From Thermoanaerobaculia bacterium (GTDB taxonomy: Bacteria > Acidobacteriota > Thermoanaerobaculia > UBA5066), in the NCBI GenBank assembly GCA_963719225.1, contig CAVRAY010000001.1, positions 3,520,001 to 3,584,000 of the forward strand: a stretch of DNA of 64,000 bases, given 5' to 3'. Made by a program: the position numbers and the translations under genes. Position 1 is the first letter of the stretch. The number at the start of each line of letters is the position of its first letter. Below the pieces are notes generated by a model. It was given only the letters and a program-made list of their open reading frames with translations. It was not told the DNA's origin and did not search any database. Positions 19,497 through 28,228 of the stretch are shown piece after piece.

Positions 19497-20852
19497 CTAC
19501 ATTCCGGCGGCGGCTACAGGCGATATGGGGCGATTCGGCGTCGCCGCCGTTCGCTCGAGCGAGAACTCGCGGAGATCGGCGTCGGCGCGGAGGATGTCGG
19601 CCAGCCGCGCGATGGCGGAGCGGCGGTCGGTGAAGCTGGTACTGAGAGCCTCGAGGACGGTCACGAAGGGCACGGAGCCTGCCCGGTAGCTCGCGAGCGC
19701 GGCGTCCACGGCGAGGCGGTCCTGGACGAGGAGGGCTCCGGAATCGAGCCGGGACTCCTCCTCGAGCTGCCGGATCCTGATCAGCCTCTGTTCCGTGAGG
19801 GCCGTGACCCGGCGCTGCAGGGACGCCTCCGTCGCCGAAGCCGACTCGAGCTGGCTCTCGGCCTCGGCGATGAGCGGGCGCTGCTTCCGGCCGGCCCAGA
19901 GCGGGATGGAAACCCCGACGGCGGCGGACCACATCAGGGGGAGCGAGCCGCGGTTCATGTAAGCGGCGGACGCCACGAAGTCGGGCCTGAGGTTGCGGCG
20001 CGCGAGGTCCCCGGCCAGACTGGACCGCTCCTTCGCGAGGGCGGCCTCCTTCAGCTCGGGCGTTACTTCCAGGGCCTTCTTCAGGAGCTCCAGTTCCGGC
20101 GGAGAGGCCGGGAGCTCACCTGGGACGAGTCGGCGCGCCGTCGGGATCCCCGCGTCCGCCGGTCGATAGAGAAGCTGCCGAAGGTCGACCAGCGCTCCCT
20201 GCTCGGCGGCCTCGTCTCGTCGCCGCTGCTGGAGGAGGCGCGTCCGCTCGCTCTGCGCGCGCAGGACGTCCTGCTGAGATCCCAGGCCGGCCGCGTACCG
20301 GACCCGGATGACCTCCTCGATCCCGCGCCAGGCTTCGATCTGCTCGTCCACGAGACGCAGATCCTCGCGCGTCTGGAGGAGCGTCGCGTAGCCGCGCCTC
20401 ACGGCCGCCTCGAGGGCGAGCGCGACGCGCTCCGGCCCGGTCGCGGAGCGGTCGGCGTCCGCCCTCGCGACGCGCTCTTGAAGCCCGAGCTTCCCCGGGA
20501 ACGGGAACGCCTGCTGCGCCACGAGCTCGATGCGCGACATCGGCTGCGTCCCGAGCGAGACCGACGTCCCGTCGTTCACGTACCCGAGGGAGAGCATCGG
20601 ATCCGGCAGCGCTCCGGCTGGCGCGACACGCGCGCGAGCGGCCGCCGCTTCCTGCTTCGCAGCGGCAAGCTCCGGATTCTTCTCGAGAGCCTCGGCGACG
20701 AGCGCATCGACTTCGGACCCGGTGGGGATCGCGGAGCCCGCCGAGAACGCGGCGCCAGAACCCAGGACAGCCGCAAAGGCGATGAGAACAACGCCTCCCC
20801 TTGCTCGGGACCTTCCAAGAAAATCTCTCTTCTCTTCTCTTCTCTTCAACAT
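19497..20852 (-). CDS. TolC-family outer-membrane efflux protein
   Basis: ALEKNPEL, LPDP, QAFPFPGK; operonic with MFP and RND genes. Confidence 0.9.
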   Translation of the reverse strand: MLKRREEKRDFLGRSRARGGVVLIAFAAVLGSGAAFSAGSAIPTGSEVDALVAEALEKNPELAAAKQEAAAARARVAPAGALPDPMLSLGYVNDGTSVSLGTQPMSRIELVAQQAFPFPGKLGLQERVARADADRSATGPERVALALEAAVRRGYATLLQTREDLRLVDEQIEAWRGIEEVIRVRYAAGLGSQQDVLRAQSERTRLLQQRRRDEAAEQGALVDLRQLLYRPADAGIPTARRLVPGELPASPPELELLKKALEVTPELKEAALAKERSSLAGDLARRNLRPDFVASAAYMNRGSLPLMWSAAVGVSIPLWAGRKQRPLIAEAESQLESASATEASLQRRVTALTEQRLIRIRQLEEESRLDSGALLVQDRLAVDAALASYRAGSVPFVTVLEALSTSFTDRRSAIARLADILRADADLREFSLERTAATPNRPISPVAAAGM

Positions 20853-20920
20853 CGATCACCTCGTCGAAAAGCCTCACGGAGCCGCCCTTTCGGGCGGCGC
20901 GAGAAATGTTCGACGAGAGA

Positions 20921-21310
20921 TCAGACGAGGAGAGCGGCGAACAGGAGGAAGAGAGGGGCCGACCGGGCACGCGGCGCGACGCGGCGCGACGGCCCCGCGA
21001 AAGAAGCCGTCAGGGACGGATCCGGCAGCTCGCGCGTGGTCACGGCGGGCGCCGCGAGCACGGGGGACGCGGTCGATCGAAGCGAGGGCGCCGCTTCCTC
21101 CGGCGTCGAAAGCCGACAGCATCCCGCGGAGGAGTCGCCCGGAGCGTCCCCTCCCGTGCAGCAGCACGCCGATTCACCAGACATCGGGCAGACCGCCGCC
21201 TCCGCCGAAGGCCGAGGGAGCGCGAGAGCCGAGACCGACACGAACAGCGCCGCGAGAGCCGCGACTGCGCCTCGAAGGCGAAATCGGCGTCCGGAAGAGG
21301 TCCGCATCAC
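20921..21310 (-). CDS. Small Cys-rich hypothetical protein upstream of the efflux operon
   Basis: Signal-like N-terminus, CPM, CCC and CC clusters; same strand as the operon. Confidence 0.55.
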   Translation of the reverse strand: MMRTSSGRRFRLRGAVAALAALFVSVSALALPRPSAEAAVCPMSGESACCCTGGDAPGDSSAGCCRLSTPEEAAPSLRSTASPVLAAPAVTTRELPDPSLTASFAGPSRRVAPRARSAPLFLLFAALLV

Positions 21311-21398
21311 ACAGGAGATTAACGCAAAGCCGGGCGGGATATTCCTGAGCCAGATGCTTCAGCGGGGTCAGAAGGCGACGCTGGGTGAAAATGAGGCT

Positions 21399-21977
21399 AT
21401 GGGATCGGTCACACCGCCGCCCGGACACGCGGCGCGCCCCGCGCCTCCGTCTCGTTTCGACGCCGGGCGTCCGGCCCCCCCGCTGGGTCCGTCGAGCCGC
21501 GCGATCCTGTTCGGCCTCTTTGCCATCGTGGCCGGGGCGTGGCTCGTGATGAAGGCGCCCACGAAGCTCGCGGCGAGCTCGCTGCCGCGACTCGGCGCGG
21601 ATGGAGCACCGGCCGGAGACGCGCCCGCCGGAAAGTGCGTCGGCACGAAAGGCTGCCTCATCGTCTACGTCGCGCCGTGGTGCGGCCCGTGCAAGGCGTC
21701 GCTTCCGGGCGATCGTGCTCTTGCCGACTTCGTGAAAAGCCGCGGCATCGAGACGACGTTCGTCGTGGGCATGGACACGATGCCGAGGTGCGCGGAGATG
21801 GCCCGCGCGATCGGCCGCGAGGTCCTCGTCGACGAGTCCGGTGCATGGGCCCGGAAGATGAGCATTCGTGGAGTGCCTACCTTCCTCGTGACGGGGCCCG
21901 ACGGCAGCGTGAGGAAGCGGCAGGCGGGCGCGCTGGTCGCGAGCCCGGACGTGGTCGCGCGGCACCTCGGACTTTGA
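21399..21977 (+). CDS. Membrane-anchored thioredoxin/TlpA-like protein
   Basis: TM helix, APWCGPC, GVPTF cis-Pro motif. Confidence 0.8.
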   Translation: MGSVTPPPGHAARPAPPSRFDAGRPAPPLGPSSRAILFGLFAIVAGAWLVMKAPTKLAASSLPRLGADGAPAGDAPAGKCVGTKGCLIVYVAPWCGPCKASLPGDRALADFVKSRGIETTFVVGMDTMPRCAEMARAIGREVLVDESGAWARKMSIRGVPTFLVTGPDGSVRKRQAGALVASPDVVARHLGL

Positions 21978-21984
21978 GCGGGCT

Positions 21985-23511
21985 TTGAATGCTCTCTTGA
22001 AGATACGGGCGGCCAGGAGCGCTCTCCTCGCAGCCGGCCTCGCTCTTCTTGCCGCGTCTCTGAGCGCCTTTCTCGGACAGCGCGTCTTCGAGGGAGCGCC
22101 TCACGTTGCCGACGGGATCTCGTATGCCTTTCAGGGAAAGATCTTCGCGGCGGGCCGCCTCTGGCTCGATCCGCCGCCCGTCCCGGAAGCGTTCAAGGCG
22201 CAGAACATCCTTCTCGACGCGACGAGGTGGTGCGGCATCTACCCGCCCGGTTTTCCGTTGCTCCTCGCCGCCGGCTTCCTCTTCGGCGTTCCGTCCCTCG
22301 TCAATCCGGCTCTCCTCGGCCTCGCCGTCGTGGCCGTCTTTCGACTCGGAAAGATCCTCTTCGACGAAGGGACCGGGCTCTTCGGCGCCCTCCTGCTTTC
22401 GGTCTCGCCGTTCGCATTGCTGATGGGCGCCGACTACATGGGTCACGTGGCCGGGCTGTGCGTCTTCACCTGGTGCCTCGTTTTTCTCGCCGAGAGCGCG
22501 CAGGGCAGGCGCGGTCTCCCTCTCTTTTTCTCGGGCCTCTTCGGGGCCTTCGGGGTCGTCGTGCGCCCGCAGGCGGCCGTCTTCTTTCTCCTGCCCGCGC
22601 TCGTCGGAACGCTGATCGCCCGCCGCAAGGAGCTCCCGAGATCGGCCGGGCTCCTCGCGCTCGGCGCCGCCGGGCCGCTCGCGTTCCTCTTCGCCTACAA
22701 CTTCGCCCTCTCGGGACATCCCTTCCGGATGGCGTACCTCGTCTGGGACCCGAACCTCTCCTTCACGTATGGCTTCTCGGCGTCGCGGCTCTTCTCGACG
22801 CACTTTCCGTGGTTTCTTCACGACCTGAACGCGACCGTCTGGGGCTTCCCCTGGGGAGACCTTCTCCCGCTCGTTTTCCTTCTCGCTCCTTCGCCTTTCC
22901 GCCGGCGCGACGCATGGCTCGGCGCGTGCTTTCTCGCGCTCGTCCTCGGGTTCAGCTTCTACCGCTTTTACGAGATCAACCATTCGGGCCCGCGGTACGC
23001 GTTCGAGGGTCTCGGCGTCCTCGCGCTTCTCGTCGCGCGGGCGTTCCGCGCCGCCGGCCGCCTCGCGGCGTCGCTTTTCGAACGCCTCCGCCTCGGCCGG
23101 TTCCAGACGGCCGCGGCGGCCGGCGCCGTGGTCTTCCTCGCTCTTTTTCCGCTCGTCACTCTCCTCCCCGCGCAGGCCGAAGCGCTCTCCCACGCCTACC
23201 ACGCGCACACGCCGGAGCCGCTCCGAAGGCTCGAGGCGGCCGGCGTCGGCCCCTCGGCCCTCGTCCTCGTGGCCGGGAACACCGTGGAATGGACGTACGG
23301 CTCCTTCCTTCTCGAGAACGGAGTCGACCCGCGGCGCACGCCGCGCGTCTTCGTCCGCGACCTGCCCGAGAAGAGGGCCGAGCTCCTCGCCGCGTACCCG
23401 CGAAAGGAAGTCTGGCGCGTGGACGTCACCCTCGTGCCGCTCCCGCACCCGAACCTGTGGATCGACAACACCTGGGACGTGGAAAAGATCGTGTGGACCC
23501 GGCTCCGCTGA
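21985..23511 (+). CDS. GT-C (PMT_2-like) membrane glycosyltransferase
   Basis: D..SY.FQ.KIFA.G, YPPGFP, VRP, GPRY motifs; many TM helices. Confidence 0.75.
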   Translation: MNALLKIRAARSALLAAGLALLAASLSAFLGQRVFEGAPHVADGISYAFQGKIFAAGRLWLDPPPVPEAFKAQNILLDATRWCGIYPPGFPLLLAAGFLFGVPSLVNPALLGLAVVAVFRLGKILFDEGTGLFGALLLSVSPFALLMGADYMGHVAGLCVFTWCLVFLAESAQGRRGLPLFFSGLFGAFGVVVRPQAAVFFLLPALVGTLIARRKELPRSAGLLALGAAGPLAFLFAYNFALSGHPFRMAYLVWDPNLSFTYGFSASRLFSTHFPWFLHDLNATVWGFPWGDLLPLVFLLAPSPFRRRDAWLGACFLALVLGFSFYRFYEINHSGPRYAFEGLGVLALLVARAFRAAGRLAASLFERLRLGRFQTAAAAGAVVFLALFPLVTLLPAQAEALSHAYHAHTPEPLRRLEAAGVGPSALVLVAGNTVEWTYGSFLLENGVDPRRTPRVFVRDLPEKRAELLAAYPRKEVWRVDVTLVPLPHPNLWIDNTWDVEKIVWTRLR

Positions 23512-23586
23512 GGAGCCCGCGCGGACGGATTTGTCGGTGGACCCCGGAGAAGAGCAGACTTCGGACGGAGACGAAGGAAGCCGAGC

Positions 23587-24057
23587 GTGCCCGGAAGATC
23601 CGTCATCCGCTTCGATCACGTCCTCCTCGAGGAGATCGCGAGGGCGGCCTCGGCGGCCTATCCGTTCGAGGGGTGCGGCGCGCTGCTCGGCGCGAGCGGC
23701 CACGCGCGCGTCATGCTTCCCCTTCCGAACGCCGAGCTGGACAGGCCGCGCGTCAGGTTCGAGATCTCGCCGAAGGACTACCTGCACGTCGAGCGTGAGG
23801 CCGAGGCGCGGGGCCTGCTCCTCCTCGGCTTCTGGCACAGCCACCCGAACCACCCCGCGCTTCCTTCTGACACGGACCTCTCCTGCGCCTGGGTCGGGCT
23901 CCTCACCGTCATCGTCTCGGTGCAGAAGGCAGAGGCCCGTGACATCGGGGCGTGGGAAATCCGTGCTCCCGAGCTTCCCTTCGAACCCGTCCAGATCGAG
24001 TGTCCCGATTTCGCGGGTCAGCCCGTAACGACGCTTTCGAAAAAAGGAGAGGCGTGA
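23587..24057 (+). CDS. JAMM/Mec-like (M67) metallopeptidase
   Basis: YPFEGCG and HSHP.....PS..D JAMM motif. Confidence 0.92.
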   Translation: MPGRSVIRFDHVLLEEIARAASAAYPFEGCGALLGASGHARVMLPLPNAELDRPRVRFEISPKDYLHVEREAEARGLLLLGFWHSHPNHPALPSDTDLSCAWVGLLTVIVSVQKAEARDIGAWEIRAPELPFEPVQIECPDFAGQPVTTLSKKGEA

Positions 24058-24338
24058 TGTCCGTGCCCGTCCGAATCCCCACACCCCTCCGGCGCTTCAC
24101 GGGCGACCATGCCGAGCTGTCCGTCGAGGCGGCCGATCTCTCGTCCATCCTGAACAGGCTCTTCGAGGAGTATCCCGGCCTCGAATCCCAGCTCCTGAAT
24201 GAGGACGGAACGCTGCGGAGCTTCGTGAACCTCTACGTCAACGACGAGGACGTCCGCTTTCTCGACGGCCTGAAGACGCGCGTCGCGGACGGGGACTCGG
24301 TCTCCATCGTCCCCGCCATCGCGGGTGGAGCGCGATGA
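24057..24338 (+). CDS. MoaD/CysO-like ubiquitin-like sulfur carrier with C-terminal GG-AR
   Basis: AGGAG RBS; VRIPTPLR, FVNLYVNDEDVRFL, IVPAIAGG followed by AR. Confidence 0.93.
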   Translation: MSVPVRIPTPLRRFTGDHAELSVEAADLSSILNRLFEEYPGLESQLLNEDGTLRSFVNLYVNDEDVRFLDGLKTRVADGDSVSIVPAIAGGAR

Positions 24339-25537
24339 CGTCCCGGCCGCCCGGCCCGGGGACGCGAGCCGCCCGCGGCGGCGAGAGGCGGAAGAAAGCG
24401 CTCGACGCCGTCACGCAGCCCATCGTCTGCACCTCCACCTATGCCTTCGACGGCACCGCAGAGATCCGCGACCACTTCGAGGGCCGGATCCAGCGCGAGG
24501 AATACGGCCGGTACGGAAACCCGACCGTGCGGACGGCGGAGCGGAAAATCGCCGAGCTGGACGGGGCGGAGGACTGCGTCCTCTTCTCGAGCGGGATGGC
24601 GGCGGCCACGACGGCGCTCCTCGCGCTCCTGAAAAACGGCCAGCACGTCGTCATGACATCCGATTGCTACCGGCGGACCCGGCAGTTCGTGTCGAAGACG
24701 CTGCCCCGCTGGGGGATCGATCACACGTTCGTCGAGCCGGGGAATTACGACGCGCTCGAGAGCGCGATCCGGCCCGGAAAGACGCGCCTCGTCCTGGCGG
24801 AATCGCCCACGAACCCGTACCTCAGGGTCGTGGACCTTCCGCGCCTCGTCGCGATCCGCGACCGGCATCCCGGCGTGAAGATCCTCATCGATTCCACGTT
24901 CGCGACTCCCGTCAACGAGCGGCCAATCGGGTTCGGCGTGGACCTCGTCCTCCATTCGGCCACGAAATACCTCGGCGGCCACAACGACCTCCTCGCCGGC
25001 TCTCTCTCGGGAAACGCGTCGCTCATCTCCGGCCTGCGCGACCTTCGCGGCGTTCTCGGGGCCGTCCTCGACCCGCACCCGGCATACCTGCTCCTCCGCG
25101 GCGCCAAGACGCTCGAGCTCCGCGTGAAGCGCCAGAACGAGACCGCCCTCCGCGTCGCGGCCTGGCTCGAGGCGCATCCGCGCGTGGAGCGCGTCTTCTA
25201 TCCCGGCCTCCCGAGCCACCCGGACCACGAGGTCGCGGCGCGTCAGATGTCGGGCTTCGGCGGCGTCGTGAGCTTCCTCGTGAAAGGCGGGCTCGACGAC
25301 GCGTCCCGCTTCATCGACGCCACGACGCTCCCGATCATCGCGCCGTCCCTCGGCGGCGTGGAGAGCCTCATCGAGCAGCCGGCCCTCATGTCCTTCTACG
25401 AGCTCACGACCGCGGAGCGCCTCGCGATCGGGATCTTCGACAACCTCGTGCGGCTGGCCGTGGGCATCGAGGACGCCGAGGATCTCGTCGCGGACCTCGG
25501 CAACGCGCTCGACGTCTCCGCGAAGGAGCTCCCATGA
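24335..25537 (+). CDS. Cys/Met metabolism PLP enzyme (cystathionine gamma-synthase/MetB-MetZ-like)
   Basis: EYGRYGNPT, SSGMAA, ESPTNP, DSTFATP, HSATKYLGGH, SLGGVESL. Confidence 0.9.
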   Translation: MTSRPPGPGTRAARGGERRKKALDAVTQPIVCTSTYAFDGTAEIRDHFEGRIQREEYGRYGNPTVRTAERKIAELDGAEDCVLFSSGMAAATTALLALLKNGQHVVMTSDCYRRTRQFVSKTLPRWGIDHTFVEPGNYDALESAIRPGKTRLVLAESPTNPYLRVVDLPRLVAIRDRHPGVKILIDSTFATPVNERPIGFGVDLVLHSATKYLGGHNDLLAGSLSGNASLISGLRDLRGVLGAVLDPHPAYLLLRGAKTLELRVKRQNETALRVAAWLEAHPRVERVFYPGLPSHPDHEVAARQMSGFGGVVSFLVKGGLDDASRFIDATTLPIIAPSLGGVESLIEQPALMSFYELTTAERLAIGIFDNLVRLAVGIEDAEDLVADLGNALDVSAKELP

Positions 25538-26706
25538 CGGCCCCCTCGGCGCCGGCCGGTGACCTCAGCCGCGAGGAGCTCCAGCGCTACTCGCGTCATC
25601 TCATCATGCCGGAGGTCGGCCTCGACGGGCAGAAGAAGCTGAAGGCCGCGCGCGTCCTGTGCGTGGGAGCGGGCGGTCTCGGCTCGCCGCTCGCGCTCTA
25701 CCTCGCCGCGGCGGGCGTCGGCACGCTCGGCCTCGTGGACTTCGACGTCGTGGACTCTTCGAACCTGCAGCGCCAGATCCTGCACGGCACGAAGGACGTC
25801 GGGCGAAAAAAGCTCGAGTCCGCGGCCGAGCGGCTCGAGGACGTCAACCCGAACGTGACCGTCGTCGGGCACGAGGTCCGTCTCTCGTCGGAGAACGCGC
25901 TCGACCTCCTTCGCGATTACGACGTGATCGCCGACGGCACGGACAACTTCCCGACCCGCTATCTCGTGAACGACGCCTGCGTGCTTCTCGGGAAGCCGAA
26001 CGCGTACGCGTCGATCTTCCGATTCGAAGGGCAGGCGTCGGTCTTCTGGGCGGCGAAGGGCCCGTGCTACCGCTGCCTCTATCAGGACCCGCCCCCGCCG
26101 GGGCTCGTCCCGTCCTGTGCGGAGGGCGGCGTGCTCGGCATCCTGCCGGGCCTCCTCGGAGTGATCCAGGCGACGGAGACGATCAAGCTCATCCTCGGCG
26201 TCGGCGAATCGCTCGTCGGCCGGCTCCTCCTCGTGGACGCGCTCGGCATGAATTTCCGCCAGCTCAAAGTGCGCAAGAACCCCGATTGCGTCGTCTGCGG
26301 CGCGAACCCCACGGTGACGCGGCTCATCGACTACGAGGAGTTCTGTGGTATCCCTCAGGCGAAGGAAGAGGAGAAGCGAGAGATGGGCGTGCCGGCGATC
26401 ACGGTGCAGGAGCTGAAGAAGAGAATGGACGACGGCGAGCCGTTCGTACTCGTGGACGTGCGCGAGCCGAACGAGTTCGCGATCTCCCAGCTCCCCGGCT
26501 CGGTCAAGATCCCGCTCGGAACTCTTCCCGCGAGCGTGAACACGCTCTCCACGGCCGACGACATCGTGGTCCACTGCCGCACCGGCATCCGCAGCGCGAG
26601 GGCGGTGCAGTTCCTGATGTCGGCCGGCTTCAAGAAAGTCTGGAACCTGACGGGTGGAATCGACCGCTGGGCCGTGGAGATCGATCCCACCGTGCCGCGG
26701 TACTGA
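25534..26706 (+). CDS. moeB: MoeZ/MoeB-type adenylyltransferase fused to rhodanese
   Basis: RYSRH, GAGGLG, SNLQRQ, CYRC and CVVC Zn motifs; rhodanese HCRTGIRS. Confidence 0.93.
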   Translation: MTAPSAPAGDLSREELQRYSRHLIMPEVGLDGQKKLKAARVLCVGAGGLGSPLALYLAAAGVGTLGLVDFDVVDSSNLQRQILHGTKDVGRKKLESAAERLEDVNPNVTVVGHEVRLSSENALDLLRDYDVIADGTDNFPTRYLVNDACVLLGKPNAYASIFRFEGQASVFWAAKGPCYRCLYQDPPPPGLVPSCAEGGVLGILPGLLGVIQATETIKLILGVGESLVGRLLLVDALGMNFRQLKVRKNPDCVVCGANPTVTRLIDYEEFCGIPQAKEEEKREMGVPAITVQELKKRMDDGEPFVLVDVREPNEFAISQLPGSVKIPLGTLPASVNTLSTADDIVVHCRTGIRSARAVQFLMSAGFKKVWNLTGGIDRWAVEIDPTVPRY

Positions 26707-26759
26707 ACCTCGCCCACGCCCGGAAACCCAGCCGCAGGAGCACTTTGTGGGCACTCCCC

Positions 26760-26788
26760 TTGCCCTTCTGTGGTTATCGGTGTACTTT
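26760..26788 (+). promoter_or_regulatory. Possible sigma70 promoter for the EIIA-ehr operon
   Basis: TTGCCC-N17-TACTTT in an AT-richer intergenic region. Confidence 0.4.
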
Positions 26789-26826
26789 GTTGTCTAGCGT
26801 TGTCCATCTGTGACAGGCACGCAGAC

Positions 26827-27543
26827 ATGAGTCCCGAAACCCAGGCAGGCGACATCCTGACGATCAAGCAACTCTCCGAGTACCTCATGGTCTCGGAGAA
26901 GACGATCTATCGGATGCTCGACAAGGGTCTCCTGCCGGCCCTTCGCATCGGCGCGCAGTGGAGGTTTCGGAAGCGCGACATCGACGGCTGGCTGGACGAG
27001 CGGGTCAGAAAAGTGGAGGTCGAAGGTCAGAACGCGGTCCTCGAGGAGCTCGCGCCTTCGGAGATCGACATCCACCCGCTGCTTCTCCCGGAAAACGTCT
27101 GGCTCGACGTGCCGGCCCGGCCTCGAGACGAGCTCCTCTCCTGGATCGTCGACCATGCGACTCTCGAGCCCGGTGTCGACCGCCACGCGTTGTACGAATC
27201 GATTCGCGCGCGGGAGCTCGTCTGCTCGACCGCGCTCGTCGAGGACGCGGCCTTTCCCCATCCGAACGAAACCGCCGACTTCCGTTTTTCGCGAAAACGG
27301 ATCCTCCTCGCCGTCGTGCGCGAGAGGGTGGACTTTCACGATCCGAACGGCCACCGTCCCCGCGTCCTCGTGGTCATCCTCGCCCGGACGACCCAGGGCT
27401 ATCTCCTCACGATCTCGCGCGCGGTGAAGCTCTTCGGAAACGCTTCGCTGATCGGCCGCCTCACGGGAAGCACCACGGCCGAAGAGATCATCGGCTCCAT
27501 TCGTGACGCGGAGGAACGCCTGAAGGCGTCGGCTCTCAGGTGA
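26827..27543 (+). CDS. Excisionase-type HTH fused to PTS EIIA domain (copy 1)
   Basis: LTIKQLSEYL.VSEKTIYR..G.LPA.RIG.QWRF; STA.....AFPH. Confidence 0.88.
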   Translation: MSPETQAGDILTIKQLSEYLMVSEKTIYRMLDKGLLPALRIGAQWRFRKRDIDGWLDERVRKVEVEGQNAVLEELAPSEIDIHPLLLPENVWLDVPARPRDELLSWIVDHATLEPGVDRHALYESIRARELVCSTALVEDAAFPHPNETADFRFSRKRILLAVVRERVDFHDPNGHRPRVLVVILARTTQGYLLTISRAVKLFGNASLIGRLTGSTTAEEIIGSIRDAEERLKASALR

Positions 27544-27556
27544 AAGGAGTCCCCGC

Positions 27557-28228
27557 GTGCGCGTGACGGTCCGCGAAGCCGCGGCGCTCCTCGACTCTCC
27601 CGAGGAGAAGGTCTACGCCTGGATCGAGTCCGGCGATCTGCCGGCGTACCGCATCAACGACCAGTACCGCATCAACCGGAGCGAGCTCCTGGAGTGGGCG
27701 ACCTCCCGCCACCTCCCCGTGGACCCCGCTCTGTTCCACGAAGAGGATGAGGACGAGCGCATCCCGTCGGTCGCCGAGAGCCTCGAGCGCGGAGGCGTCT
27801 TTCACGACGTCGCAGGAGCGACCCGGGAGGACGCGCTTCGCTCGGTCATCGCCCTCCTGAAGCTCGACGACGAAGGGGACCGGGAAGCGCTGCTCCAGCT
27901 CCTCCTCGCGCGGGACGCCGCGGCGGTCGTGCCGGTCGGCGACGGGATCGCGATTCCGCACGTGAGAAACCCGATCGCCCTGTCCGCCGACGAGCCGTCG
28001 TTGTCCCTCGCGTTTCTCCGGCAGCCCGTCGACTTCAACGCGCCGGACGGCAAGGGTGTCTTCGCGCTCTTCTTCCTCGTCAGCCCCACGACCCGCGTTC
28101 ACCTCCAGATGCTCGCGAAGATCGCGTTTCTCCTCGGCGACCCGCAATTTCGCGATGCGATTCGCGGCCGCGAACCGGCCGCCTCACTGATCGATCTGGC
28201 GCGGATCCTCGAAAAGGCGAAGGCGTGA
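27557..28228 (+). CDS. Excisionase-type HTH fused to PTS EIIA domain (copy 2)
   Basis: TVREAA.LL, LPAYRINDQYR; GDGIAIPH, F.APDG, HLQMLA. Confidence 0.9.
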   Translation: MRVTVREAAALLDSPEEKVYAWIESGDLPAYRINDQYRINRSELLEWATSRHLPVDPALFHEEDEDERIPSVAESLERGGVFHDVAGATREDALRSVIALLKLDDEGDREALLQLLLARDAAAVVPVGDGIAIPHVRNPIALSADEPSLSLAFLRQPVDFNAPDGKGVFALFFLVSPTTRVHLQMLAKIAFLLGDPQFRDAIRGREPAASLIDLARILEKAKA

